The translations under genes and the position numbers were made by a program. The notes beneath the pieces are model-generated. The model did no database searches. It was not told the origin of the DNA and saw only the letters and a list, made by a program, of their open reading frames with translations. Shown here one piece after another: positions 24,683 to 33,032 of a stretch of 33,032 nucleotides of DNA. Origin of the DNA: a virus (lineage: Duplodnaviria > Caudoviricetes). Every line of letters begins with the position of its first letter. Position 1 is the first letter of the stretch. Location: IMG/VR virus record IMGVR_UViG_3300032219_001774, positions 1 to 33,032 of that record, one strand, 5' to 3'.

Positions 24683-26800
24683 ATGCTCAACACCAACACG
24701 GACGTTTTAGCGATTGCGTCAAAGAACCCACATGTTGGGGAGCTTTTGAGCGAGTACAACCGCTCCATGATCAACTCCTCTCAGGGGAATCTGGTCACCA
24801 AATTTGACAATATCCGCTTTTGCCGTTGGCCTGGGCAGACCGATGACGGCAAGAAACACTCTGAAAACCGCTCTGAAGGTGACCCGGCATGGCCGTTTGA
24901 GGGTGCTTCTGACGTCCGAACCCGTCTAATTGACGGCACTTGCAACGAGTTAACTGCTTTGCTGGTTGGAGCTTTCCAGAAAGCCGAAATTAAGGCCATT
25001 GGCGTTGAGCTTAACGACATGTCAGTGTCTCAGGTTGGAACGACACTACTTCGCTGGATTCGGGACGCCAAGATGCCCCAGCAGCTTTACAAAGAGGCTA
25101 CTTTGGGCGCTCAGTACGCCCTTCAGTACGGCTGGAGCGCATTCTTTGTAGGCTGGCAGCAGAACATCAGTGTCCGCACTCAGGACATTTCCATGGACCA
25201 GATCATTGGCCTGGCCCAGCAGTCCGGTAGCCAGGTGCTCATGGAGTTGCCTCAGCTAATTGTCAATGCTCCTGAACAAGCAGCCGAGATTTTGCAGACT
25301 GCCATTCCAACAATCAAGGCGTCCGATGCCAAGCGCATGGTGCGCGAACTGGCGGCCACAGGTGCCACGACGATGGATGAGGAGTATGTCAGCCGAAACT
25401 TACCCGAGATCGTAGCTCTAAAGCCGTGGGATGAGATCATCTTCCCTCCAGAAACTGCGGACTTGCAACGGTCCCGGGTAATCTTTCGCAGAACATGGAT
25501 GTCTGAGGTGGAATTGCGTGAAAAAATCACGACAGAGGGCTGGAATCCCGACTGGGTAGAGCGTGCGTTGCAGCAGCTCGGCAAATCCACGACCTACTAC
25601 AACATCAACCTGCTGCCAACGACCACCATGATGGTCTACAATGGTGTAAACTACCAGAACATGGTGGAGGTTGTGTACTGCTACACTAAGAGCATTGATG
25701 GAGACGCTCCAGCAATCTTTTACACTGTTATCTGCCCACAGGCGGCATCAAATCGAGAGGAAGACTCTTCTTCTTGGGCAATCCATGACCGGCTTGATTA
25801 TGCTCATGGGGAGTATCCGTTTGTTGAGTTCCGACGGGAGCAACTTCGACGGGCGATCACTGACACTCGCTCCATACCGGAGTTGGCGACTACGGATCAG
25901 GATGAAATTAAGGCCCAGCATGACTCAATTCGAGATCATACAGCCTTCTCGACACTGCCTCCGATCAAGGTAGTTAAGCGTGTAGGCGCAATCAATAAGA
26001 TCGGCCCAGGCGTGTCTTTGCCGGTCACCAATCAGAACGACTACACGTTCATGGAGCCTCCGGCTCGCGAACCTACCGTGGCGTTTAACCTGATTCAGCG
26101 CGTTGAGGCCCAGCACGCAGCCTACTTTGGCACGAACAACGGGAACGTGAATCCCATGACCACCCAGATGCTTCAACAGGCACTGGTCAACACATGGCTG
26201 CTGTCCTGGCGCTCTGTGTTTCGGCAGATGTTCTCGCTCTGTTGCCAGTACATGCCGCCTCAGGAAATTCAGCGCATCACCGGCGGGACACTGCCGCAGA
26301 ATTTGTCTGACATCCACAACGAGTTTGACATCAATGTCCGCTTTGATGTGCTAAACTTGGATAAGGAATACATCGCTCAGAAGGTGGACTTTCTGACCAA
26401 GATTAAACAGATGGACACAGGTGGCGTCCTAAATGCTAATCGCATTACCGAGATGCTGATTCAAGCCATCGCGCCAGAAATGGCCGGCGAGCTTATCATG
26501 AATCAGGAGCAGGCTTCTCAGAAGATGTTTAAGGATGTTCAGAATGACATTGGCATGATGCTTCTGGGTAACGAGGCCCTGTATCAAGAGAATGATCCCG
26601 CGGCGCAGACCAAGATGCAGTTTGCCCAGCAGGTGATGCAGAACAATCCCAAGGCGCAGGCTGCTCTCCAGAGTGATGAGAACTTTAGGGCGCTCTTTGA
26701 AAACTATGTGAAGAGCTTGCAGATGAGCGTCATGCAGCAGCAGAACGCGCAGATTGGCCGGCTAGGTGTAACTCCAATGCAACAGCAACCTGGGCAATGA
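24683..26800 (+). CDS. Portal protein (P22-like length with Q-rich C-terminal barrel)
   Basis: ~705 aa directly after terL. PFEGASD.R and YPFV motifs, Q-rich helical C-terminus. Confidence 0.85.
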   Translation: MLNTNTDVLAIASKNPHVGELLSEYNRSMINSSQGNLVTKFDNIRFCRWPGQTDDGKKHSENRSEGDPAWPFEGASDVRTRLIDGTCNELTALLVGAFQKAEIKAIGVELNDMSVSQVGTTLLRWIRDAKMPQQLYKEATLGAQYALQYGWSAFFVGWQQNISVRTQDISMDQIIGLAQQSGSQVLMELPQLIVNAPEQAAEILQTAIPTIKASDAKRMVRELAATGATTMDEEYVSRNLPEIVALKPWDEIIFPPETADLQRSRVIFRRTWMSEVELREKITTEGWNPDWVERALQQLGKSTTYYNINLLPTTTMMVYNGVNYQNMVEVVYCYTKSIDGDAPAIFYTVICPQAASNREEDSSSWAIHDRLDYAHGEYPFVEFRREQLRRAITDTRSIPELATTDQDEIKAQHDSIRDHTAFSTLPPIKVVKRVGAINKIGPGVSLPVTNQNDYTFMEPPAREPTVAFNLIQRVEAQHAAYFGTNNGNVNPMTTQMLQQALVNTWLLSWRSVFRQMFSLCCQYMPPQEIQRITGGTLPQNLSDIHNEFDINVRFDVLNLDKEYIAQKVDFLTKIKQMDTGGVLNANRITEMLIQAIAPEMAGELIMNQEQASQKMFKDVQNDIGMMLLGNEALYQENDPAAQTKMQFAQQVMQNNPKAQAALQSDENFRALFENYVKSLQMSVMQQQNAQIGRLGVTPMQQQPGQ

Positions 26801-27048
26801 CACAAAAAGAACGCGCAGCTTACGGATTTGCCGGAAAAAACCACATCTGGGATCAGGTGATTGAGACGATCCAGCAGATGCAGGAAACCATGTGGCTACA
26901 CGCTATTGGCAACAACAACAAAGGCGAGGACCGTGTTCACGCTTGTGGCCAGGCGGATGGTGTAAACTTGGTTTACTCAACACTTTTAACATTAAGAACA
27001 GAAGCATTAAAATTAAATGGCTTGACTGATGAAAAGGATTTGGCATAA
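26797..27048 (+). CDS. Small conserved protein between portal and scaffold
   Basis: 83 aa, ATGA-coupled, R.HACGQ.D motif. Typical position. Confidence 0.7.
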   Translation: MTQKERAAYGFAGKNHIWDQVIETIQQMQETMWLHAIGNNNKGEDRVHACGQADGVNLVYSTLLTLRTEALKLNGLTDEKDLA

Positions 27049-27112
27049 CGCCAACAACGGGCCTTCCAGCGTTACTGGATTGTAGATAAAGGATACTTGC
27101 GACCTTAACCGC

Positions 27113-28093
27113 ATGAACGAAAACGAAGTACAGCCTGATTCCGGGGATCAGGAGGCAGAAGTAAGTCCCGTTGCTCAGAAACTCGGTTTAATGGATGAGA
27201 AAGGGTTAAGTGACCTTCTTAAATCCAACTTCCTTAACGAGGAGGAGGCAACTCCGGCCACACAGGGGCAGGGATCAGAATACGCCGCGGATTCCTTTGG
27301 CGAGGACGATCAGTTGGCGGACGATGATTCCGAACCGCACGAAAGCAGTTCTTTGACTAGAGGCGTCCAGAAGCGCATCAACAAATTAGTTGCTGCGAAG
27401 AAGGCTGCCCAATCTGAACTTGAAGCGCAGAGAGCACAGTTGGCACAGCTTCAGCAGGAATTGGAGTCCGCAAGGGCTTCTGTACCTGTAAAGCATCAGG
27501 ACCAAACTGACTTTGCAGAAGGGCTCAACACTTTTGAACAGGTGAAGTCCGAGTATGACAAAGCGGTGGAAGTCTTGTTGTGGTGTGAGGACAACTCTGA
27601 TGGAGGCGTGATCACGTTGCCTGATGGCACGGAACACGAACTCTCAGACAGGGAAGTCCGAGCAATGAAGCGCACGGCGATTAAGCGCAAGGAGGTCGAG
27701 CTGCCAGCACGGCTGAACTACCTGCAACAGCAGGCACAGGCAGACGCACAGGTGGCCGCAGACTTTCCTTGGTGGGGCAGGTCGGAGACTGAAGAGTTCC
27801 AAGTAGCTCAACAGATTATCCGTGACTTTCCTGAGCTTAAAAAGCGACGTGCTGACTGGAAGCATTTAACAGGCTTAGTAGTGCTTGGCGCAAAGGCATA
27901 CGCAGAATCGAAGACAAAGGCCAAAGGCCAGGGTCAACCGATTCGGCGGGCACCTGCACAGCCAGGCGTGACTAAGGCTCCTCCTGCTCGCACTCAAACA
28001 TCAGATACGTCAAAGGCCAAACATCAGTTCGCAAGGACAGGTGGCAGTCGTGACGGCTTAACCGACTTGGTAAAAGCAATGAACTTTGTTTAG
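27113..28093 (+). CDS. Capsid scaffolding protein
   Basis: Acidic N-terminus, GVQKRINKLVA.KK coiled coil, basic/Pro-rich C-terminus. Directly before the capsid gene. Confidence 0.8.
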   Translation: MNENEVQPDSGDQEAEVSPVAQKLGLMDEKGLSDLLKSNFLNEEEATPATQGQGSEYAADSFGEDDQLADDDSEPHESSSLTRGVQKRINKLVAAKKAAQSELEAQRAQLAQLQQELESARASVPVKHQDQTDFAEGLNTFEQVKSEYDKAVEVLLWCEDNSDGGVITLPDGTEHELSDREVRAMKRTAIKRKEVELPARLNYLQQQAQADAQVAADFPWWGRSETEEFQVAQQIIRDFPELKKRRADWKHLTGLVVLGAKAYAESKTKAKGQGQPIRRAPAQPGVTKAPPARTQTSDTSKAKHQFARTGGSRDGLTDLVKAMNFV

Positions 28094-28127
28094 TTCACGC
28101 AGCAAAACGCAGTAACCTCATTCATTT

Positions 28128-29213
28128 ATGGCTTCTCTTGTTGAACCTAATCTCTCCGGTCGCGGTCTTCGCGAAGACTTGATGGACATGATCGCCTTGG
28201 TTGACGCCAAGGACACACCGTTCACGTCCATGGCAAAGAAGGGCTCCAAGCCCGGCAATATGTTCTTCCGCTGGCAGTCTGACAGCCTTCCGACTCCTCA
28301 GGTTGGTGGCACGCCAGACGGTCTGGACGTCAACCTCACCACTGGTGTCACCAACTATGTTGTTGGATACCGCGCTGAGCTTGCCAACTACGCCCAGATC
28401 TACCGGCGCGCAGTCCGTGTTTCCAAGCTCACTCAGGACATCGCTGATGTTGCTGGCGTGCGTGACGAACTGGCTGACAACGTCGCCAAGGCCATTACTG
28501 GCATCAAGCGTGATATGGAAGTCACCATGACCTCCAATCAGGTTTCCCAGCTTGACACTGGTGACCAGACTGTTGCTTACCGCACCGCGGGCGCACAGAC
28601 CTGGATCAGCAATGCTGGCACTGGCACTCCGACTCCTGGCAACATTCCCAGCATCTTCCGTACGCCTACAACTTCCATCGTTGGCACTGGAACTGCACTG
28701 GGAACCTCGCTAACGGACTCCGCTGTGCAGGGCCTGCTCAAGTCTATCTTCGATCAGACTGGTCACTACACCAGTTTTGACTGCATTGTTGGGACGGATC
28801 TGAAGCGCGCCTTCACCGGCCTGCTCGGAACAACCGCTCTGACCACGGTCAGCAACTCCAGCAACACGCTTGCTGCCGGCGCTACCAAGGTGCAGACCTT
28901 CCAGCGTGATGCAGCCGCGGACACCTACATCCAGTCGCTGGACGTGTTCCAGGGTGACTTTGGCACGGTGCGCTTGCATCCCACCACGTTTATCGGCACT
29001 GTTGCCGGTAGCCCGCTCGCCTGGACTCCCACTCCCTACAAGGGTTTGGTCTTGGACATGAACCTCATCGAGGTCCGTTACGGTGGCAACGTGGCTCAGG
29101 TCACTGCCCTGTCTGACAACGGTGGTGGACCTGGCCGTTTGGTTGAAGCAGTTGCTGGTCTGGTTGTCGGGAACCCGCTGGGCCTCGGCAAGTTCGACTA
29201 CAACGCTGCTTAG
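28128..29213 (+). CDS. Major capsid protein (DUF5309/SU10-like HK97 fold)
   Basis: REDL.D.I..V...DTPF.SM, F.WQ.DSL, NY.QI.RR.V.VS, KRDME, Y......GDFG.V. Strong codon bias. Confidence 0.9.
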   Translation: MASLVEPNLSGRGLREDLMDMIALVDAKDTPFTSMAKKGSKPGNMFFRWQSDSLPTPQVGGTPDGLDVNLTTGVTNYVVGYRAELANYAQIYRRAVRVSKLTQDIADVAGVRDELADNVAKAITGIKRDMEVTMTSNQVSQLDTGDQTVAYRTAGAQTWISNAGTGTPTPGNIPSIFRTPTTSIVGTGTALGTSLTDSAVQGLLKSIFDQTGHYTSFDCIVGTDLKRAFTGLLGTTALTTVSNSSNTLAAGATKVQTFQRDAAADTYIQSLDVFQGDFGTVRLHPTTFIGTVAGSPLAWTPTPYKGLVLDMNLIEVRYGGNVAQVTALSDNGGGPGRLVEAVAGLVVGNPLGLGKFDYNAA

Positions 29214-29223
29214 TTGATTTGTA

Positions 29224-29382
29224 GCGACACCTGCGGAGGACCGGGATGCTCGGTCGATTAAAGTGGTGTGACAGCCAGGAGAGACTGGCACAACTCTTGC
29301 GACACCTGCCACAGACACGGCATTGAGCCAGATAGTGCGTGGATTGCAACCACGAATGGTGTGACAGCCGGGAGAGACTGGC
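29224..29382 (+). ncRNA. Tandem pair of a conserved structured RNA-like motif downstream of the capsid gene
   Basis: Two units GCGACACCTGC-[variable hairpins]-TGGTGTGACAGCCRGGAGAGACTGGC at 29224-29289 and 29299-29382. Confidence 0.7.
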
Positions 29383-29408
29383 GGCACTTTTATGACAGTC
29401 TTACCTAC

Positions 29409-29732
29409 ATGATTAGCATCCCTGAAAACATGGTTGGGCAGCTTGAGAAAGAGCTGCGTGCAGGTTGGGAGCGCAACAAGATCGAGGCTAAAGTTCAGGC
29501 CAAGCAGATCGCTAAACTTAATCACGAAAGGCACAGGTCCGTTGAAGGACTCGGCCAAAAAATAGCCACTATCCCAGGCACTGCATACCATTTCTGGGGC
29601 CAAAAACTTGGCTACGGATGCTGGAACGACAAGGCATTCATGGATGAGTTCTTGCGTGACAATCCAGAGTGCAGAGTGAATAGTGGCGGCGTTAAAGAAA
29701 TCAGTGTTGGTTGGACTCCGCCTAGTAAATGA
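29409..29732 (+). CDS. Hypothetical head-associated protein
   Basis: ATG 29409. A.IP...Y..W......CW.D..F...F.RDNPE pattern, recurrent after capsid genes. Confidence 0.7.
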   Translation: MISIPENMVGQLEKELRAGWERNKIEAKVQAKQIAKLNHERHRSVEGLGQKIATIPGTAYHFWGQKLGYGCWNDKAFMDEFLRDNPECRVNSGGVKEISVGWTPPSK

Positions 29733-30925
29733 AGACCGTACCGTTTAGCGCCATCCTAGCAGAAGCCTGTCAATTGATAGGCTTGGATCGGAATACGCTA
29801 AATGATAAGTCTTTTGCTGCGCTCAGGGATTTTACCAATCGCAGGCTGAGCATGATCTGGGACCGCGAGGAGTGGCCCGACATACAGAACATTCAGGAGG
29901 TTTGGCCTGGCACTCGGATCAGCAATGTGGTGGCTAATCCGATTGAGCTTCTGACGGAAAGTGGTGTGGAAATCCTTCAGGAGGACGATCAGCCAATTTA
30001 CGTCCAGAACGCTGCCAACACGATCCCAATTGAAATCGAGTTGGACCCAAATTATCCGCGAGTCTACCTCAAGGACTTCTCCGAGCAGGCTTGGCAGCAG
30101 GGTAAGATTGGCGAGTCGTACGTCAACATTATCAACCCGTTCTGGATTCTCAAAGAAGACGGCACGCTCGCAAGCTCCGCGGCTACCCAGTACAACTTCA
30201 CGTTTGAGACTGCTGACGACAACTCTCTCCCGTACATCAGGAGCATCACGGTACAAATGCCCTGGTGTACGCCTCAGTGGACGTACATCAGTGGCTCAAC
30301 GCTGGAGTTTGTAAACAACCGGCAGCCCATTGCGGTGGTGTCTGGGCAGGCAATCGGTTGCTGGACGAATGATCCACGGAAGGGAACAAGAGGCCGTGAC
30401 GAGTCGTTTGTGGTGGAGAACATGCCGAACCTAGACCTCGACATCCTTCCGACTACGGAGGTGCTCAGCCAGGATTTGTTCGTGCTGAGGTTCCCTAACT
30501 TCAGTAACAAGTTTGTCCTGCTTAGAGCAGTTGCTCCGTACTTGTTTGGCACCAGATACGACTCAACTTTAATTTACTCTGCCGGCTCACAAGTCTATTA
30601 CGATCCGAGCCAAGCCAGTTCTGCGTACAACCCGCCCGCCAAGAATCTGCCGGTGTCTGGCAACTTCTGGAATGCGCTTGATGAAGTGGCTGCCACTGTT
30701 AATCCAAGCAACCCAAGTTCAGCATGGCAGATTGTGCAGATTCCATTTAGGTTTAAGGGCTATCTGGTCAACTCGGTGGCCGCAGACTTTATGCGTTCTG
30801 AAGGTCGCCCAGAAGAAGCTGACGCTCTTGAGGGCATGGCTGAGTTTGCGGTGCAGCAGCAGATTGATGTGCTGATTCGCCAGCAGGGTCAGATTCAACG
30901 AATGAACATGGTTTACACTTATTAA
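29729..30925 (+). CDS. Head-tail adaptor/tail tubular protein A-like
   Basis: 398 aa. N-terminal helical (L.G.D...N.RL..IW...WP) and C-terminal IP.RF..YL....AAD segments. Position after capsid. Confidence 0.6.
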   Translation: MKTVPFSAILAEACQLIGLDRNTLNDKSFAALRDFTNRRLSMIWDREEWPDIQNIQEVWPGTRISNVVANPIELLTESGVEILQEDDQPIYVQNAANTIPIEIELDPNYPRVYLKDFSEQAWQQGKIGESYVNIINPFWILKEDGTLASSAATQYNFTFETADDNSLPYIRSITVQMPWCTPQWTYISGSTLEFVNNRQPIAVVSGQAIGCWTNDPRKGTRGRDESFVVENMPNLDLDILPTTEVLSQDLFVLRFPNFSNKFVLLRAVAPYLFGTRYDSTLIYSAGSQVYYDPSQASSAYNPPAKNLPVSGNFWNALDEVAATVNPSNPSSAWQIVQIPFRFKGYLVNSVAADFMRSEGRPEEADALEGMAEFAVQQQIDVLIRQQGQIQRMNMVYTY

Positions 30926-30927
30926 GC

Positions 30928-31131
30928 ATGATCACCAAATTCATTAGAAAAAGGAACATTGATCCTGCAAAGGCATTCAATAAAAACTTTGCTAGAATCC
31001 AAGTTTCTGCTACAAGCCAGACCTTCAAATTTACCAAGACAGTTCCTCCATCTACTGGAGTTGATTTTATTACAACTGAAGCTGGCTTTAGACTTACCAC
31101 AGAAAGCGGAGACAATTTGATTTTAGGCTAA
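30928..31131 (+). CDS. Small virion protein
   Basis: 67 aa ending ITTEAGFRLTTESGDNLILG, a motif common before tail-fibre genes. Confidence 0.65.
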   Translation: MITKFIRKRNIDPAKAFNKNFARIQVSATSQTFKFTKTVPPSTGVDFITTEAGFRLTTESGDNLILG

Positions 31132-31132
31132 T

Positions 31133-33032
31133 ATGGGTGACAAAATCTCTCAACTACCAGTAGCAACAACCGTTGATGGAACGGAACTTATTCCAATCGT
31201 CCAGGCTGGGGATACCAAGCAGGTTACTGGAGCAATTCTGCGCGCACCATTTGGAACTGCCGGAGGAGATCTTACAGGATCGTACCCTAATCCTTCTCTT
31301 GCTGCTGTCACAACGGCGACCACAAGAGGGAGTGCAACCGAGGTGCCAGTTGTTACCATTGACGCCAAAGGTCGCGTCACAGCCCTGACAGCCGCTGCTA
31401 ATCCCCAGGGCACCGTCACTAGTGTCGTTGGTGGCACTGGACTTACCGGTGGCACGATTACGTCCACCGGCACACTGGCAGTCAGCTATGGCACCACAGC
31501 AGGCACAGCCGCACAGGGAAACGACAGCAGATTGTCAGATTCTAGGATTCCCACTGGTGCTGCTGGTGGCGACTTGGCTGGCAGTACATATCCTAATCCG
31601 ACTCTGGCGGCTATTACAGCCGCACAGAGCAACATTGGCAGCGGCACGGCTGTTCCGGTAATCAGTGTCGATGCCAAGGGGCGTGTCACAGCACTAAGCA
31701 GCACGCCGATTAGCAGCTCTGCTGGTGGAACTGTAACTAGCATTGCGGCTGGAACCGGGCTTTCTGGCGGGACAATCACTACCAGCGGCACGATTGCAAT
31801 CGCGGATGTCACGACTGCTCAAACAGCGGTTGGCAACTCAACCACAATCCCTGTTATCACTGTCAACGCACAAGGACAGATTACCGCGCTGACCACTGCT
31901 GCGGTTGCCAGTGGAGTTGCTCTTGCAACAACTGCCCCATCAAACTTGGCATCTGTTGCTGCCGTTGGCACTGGCACTACAGCAGCTCGCAATGACCATC
32001 AGCATGCCCTCCCAACCGCAGCGGATGTAGGAGCATTGGCTGCAACTGCCGCGGCTGGAGGAGACTTGACCGGCAACTTCCCGAACCCAACGCTGGCTGC
32101 TGTTACGACGGCTCAGACAGTTGGCAGTTCGTCTGCGATTCCTGTCATAACGGTGGACGCTAAGGGCAGGATAACCACGCTGACAACTGCAACAAATTCT
32201 GCGATTGGAACCGCGGGTGGAGATTTAACTGGAACCTACCCGAATCCAACACTCAATACAGTTGCTGTTAATAAAGGTGGAACTGGACAAACATCCTACA
32301 CCGATGGGCAGCTTCTGATTGGGAACAGCACAGGCAATACGCTCGCCAAAGCCACACTGACCGCGGGCACTAATGTGACCATCACGAATGGGCCTGGAAC
32401 TATTACTATTGCGGCAAATAATTCAGTGTATCTTGCTGATGCGCTTATTGTTGCTGGCGGCGGTGGTGGAGGTGGAGCAGGTGGCGGCGGTGGTGGCGGA
32501 GTTATTGTACACAATAATCAAGTTTTATTTGCTGGCTCAATTTATCCGATTGTAGTTGGGGCAGGTGGAGCTTCGATTCTTGGAATCTCGGGATCATCTA
32601 GCCCTCTTGCAAACAGCGGGTCTAATACAACTGGTTTTACATTAACCGCAGTTGGAGGCGGAGGTGGTGGGGCGTGGAGCATAGCCACAGACAACCAAAA
32701 TGGACTTTCTGGTGGCTCTGGTGGTGGAGGTGGATTAAACGCTGTTGGCGCATTAAATGCCGGTGGCTCAGCAACATCAGGACAAGGCTTTGCTGGAGGA
32801 AACGCAAACCACACTCAAGCTGCTGGAACTGGCGCAGGGGGAGGTGGCGGAGCTGGCGCAGTTGGCGGCAATGCCACAGCTGGCCCAGGCGGAGCAGGAG
32901 GGGCTGGAATTGTTAATGCCTACAATGGAACTTCGCTAACATGGGCTGGCGGAGGTGGTGGAGGCAATCAAACTGCTGGAGCCGTTGCGGCAGGAAATGG
33001 TGGAGAAGGAGGTGGTGGAGGTGGAGCAAATG
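31133..33032 (+). CDS. Tail fibre protein, 3'-truncated by the window
   Basis: Open from ATG 31133 (MGDKISQLP...DGTELIPIVQ). Four AGGDL.G..PNP.L repeats, PV.T.DAKGR.T repeats, GTVTS..GTGL.GG, then a GGGGG-rich distal domain. Absent from the ORF track because it has no stop. Confidence 0.88.
   Translation, partial: MGDKISQLPVATTVDGTELIPIVQAGDTKQVTGAILRAPFGTAGGDLTGSYPNPSLAAVTTATTRGSATEVPVVTIDAKGRVTALTAAANPQGTVTSVVGGTGLTGGTITSTGTLAVSYGTTAGTAAQGNDSRLSDSRIPTGAAGGDLAGSTYPNPTLAAITAAQSNIGSGTAVPVISVDAKGRVTALSSTPISSSAGGTVTSIAAGTGLSGGTITTSGTIAIADVTTAQTAVGNSTTIPVITVNAQGQITALTTAAVASGVALATTAPSNLASVAAVGTGTTAARNDHQHALPTAADVGALAATAAAGGDLTGNFPNPTLAAVTTAQTVGSSSAIPVITVDAKGRITTLTTATNSAIGTAGGDLTGTYPNPTLNTVAVNKGGTGQTSYTDGQLLIGNSTGNTLAKATLTAGTNVTITNGPGTITIAANNSVYLADALIVAGGGGGGGAGGGGGGGVIVHNNQVLFAGSIYPIVVGAGGASILGISGSSSPLANSGSNTTGFTLTAVGGGGGGAWSIATDNQNGLSGGSGGGGGLNAVGALNAGGSATSGQGFAGGNANHTQAAGTGAGGGGGAGAVGGNATAGPGGAGGAGIVNAYNGTSLTWAGGGGGGNQTAGAVAAGNGGEGGGGGGAN

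Noticed and set aside
29224-29382. CRISPR mini-array, tRNA or intrinsic terminator
   Set aside because: Only two units with internal pairing and structured inserts. No cloverleaf or T-loop, no U-tract, no cas genes.
29268-29408. N-terminal extension of the 29409-29732 gene from GTG 29268
   Set aside because: Runs through the repeated RNA-like motif. ATG 29409 gives a more typical protein start.
28710-29603. 297-aa minus-strand ORF
   Set aside because: Antisense to the strongly codon-biased capsid gene. Such shadows are expected.
1-33032. Alternative genetic code, prophage att sites or a diversity-generating retroelement
   Set aside because: Standard-code ORFs tile the window with all three stops used. 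No integrase, host genes, reverse transcriptase or template/variable repeat pair was recognised.

Overview
Most of a ~P22/podovirus-like dsDNA bacteriophage genome, circularly permuted: the window opens inside the tail/ejection module and closes inside a tail-fibre gene. On the + strand: tail-assembly and DNA-ejection genes (1-8.0 kb); a replication/recombination operon (OB-fold SSB, Hjc-type resolvase, initiator-like protein, DnaB, dNMP kinase, RecE-like exonuclease); a TerS-like HTH gene; and a DNA-modification cluster (C5 methyltransferase, TGT/DpdA-like protein, metallophosphoesterase). A minus-strand cassette of small early-type genes (19.5-21.2 kb) is flanked by repeat-rich non-coding DNA. 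It is followed by terL, portal, scaffold, major capsid, adaptor and tail fibre. No integrase, DNA polymerase, primase, tRNA or CRISPR was recognised. Most notable: (1) DnaB is split into two separately translated halves, 2.35 kb and six genes apart, with no intein or intron; (2) the methyltransferase locus is fully dual-coding from two overlapping start codons, with five tandem W-x-T-P modules in the second frame; (3) a ~450-nt highly structured intergenic element precedes terL; (4) a tandem conserved RNA-like motif follows the capsid gene; (5) two covarying intergenic hairpins lie in the early cassette. All calls are from motif recognition by eye; no database search was run.
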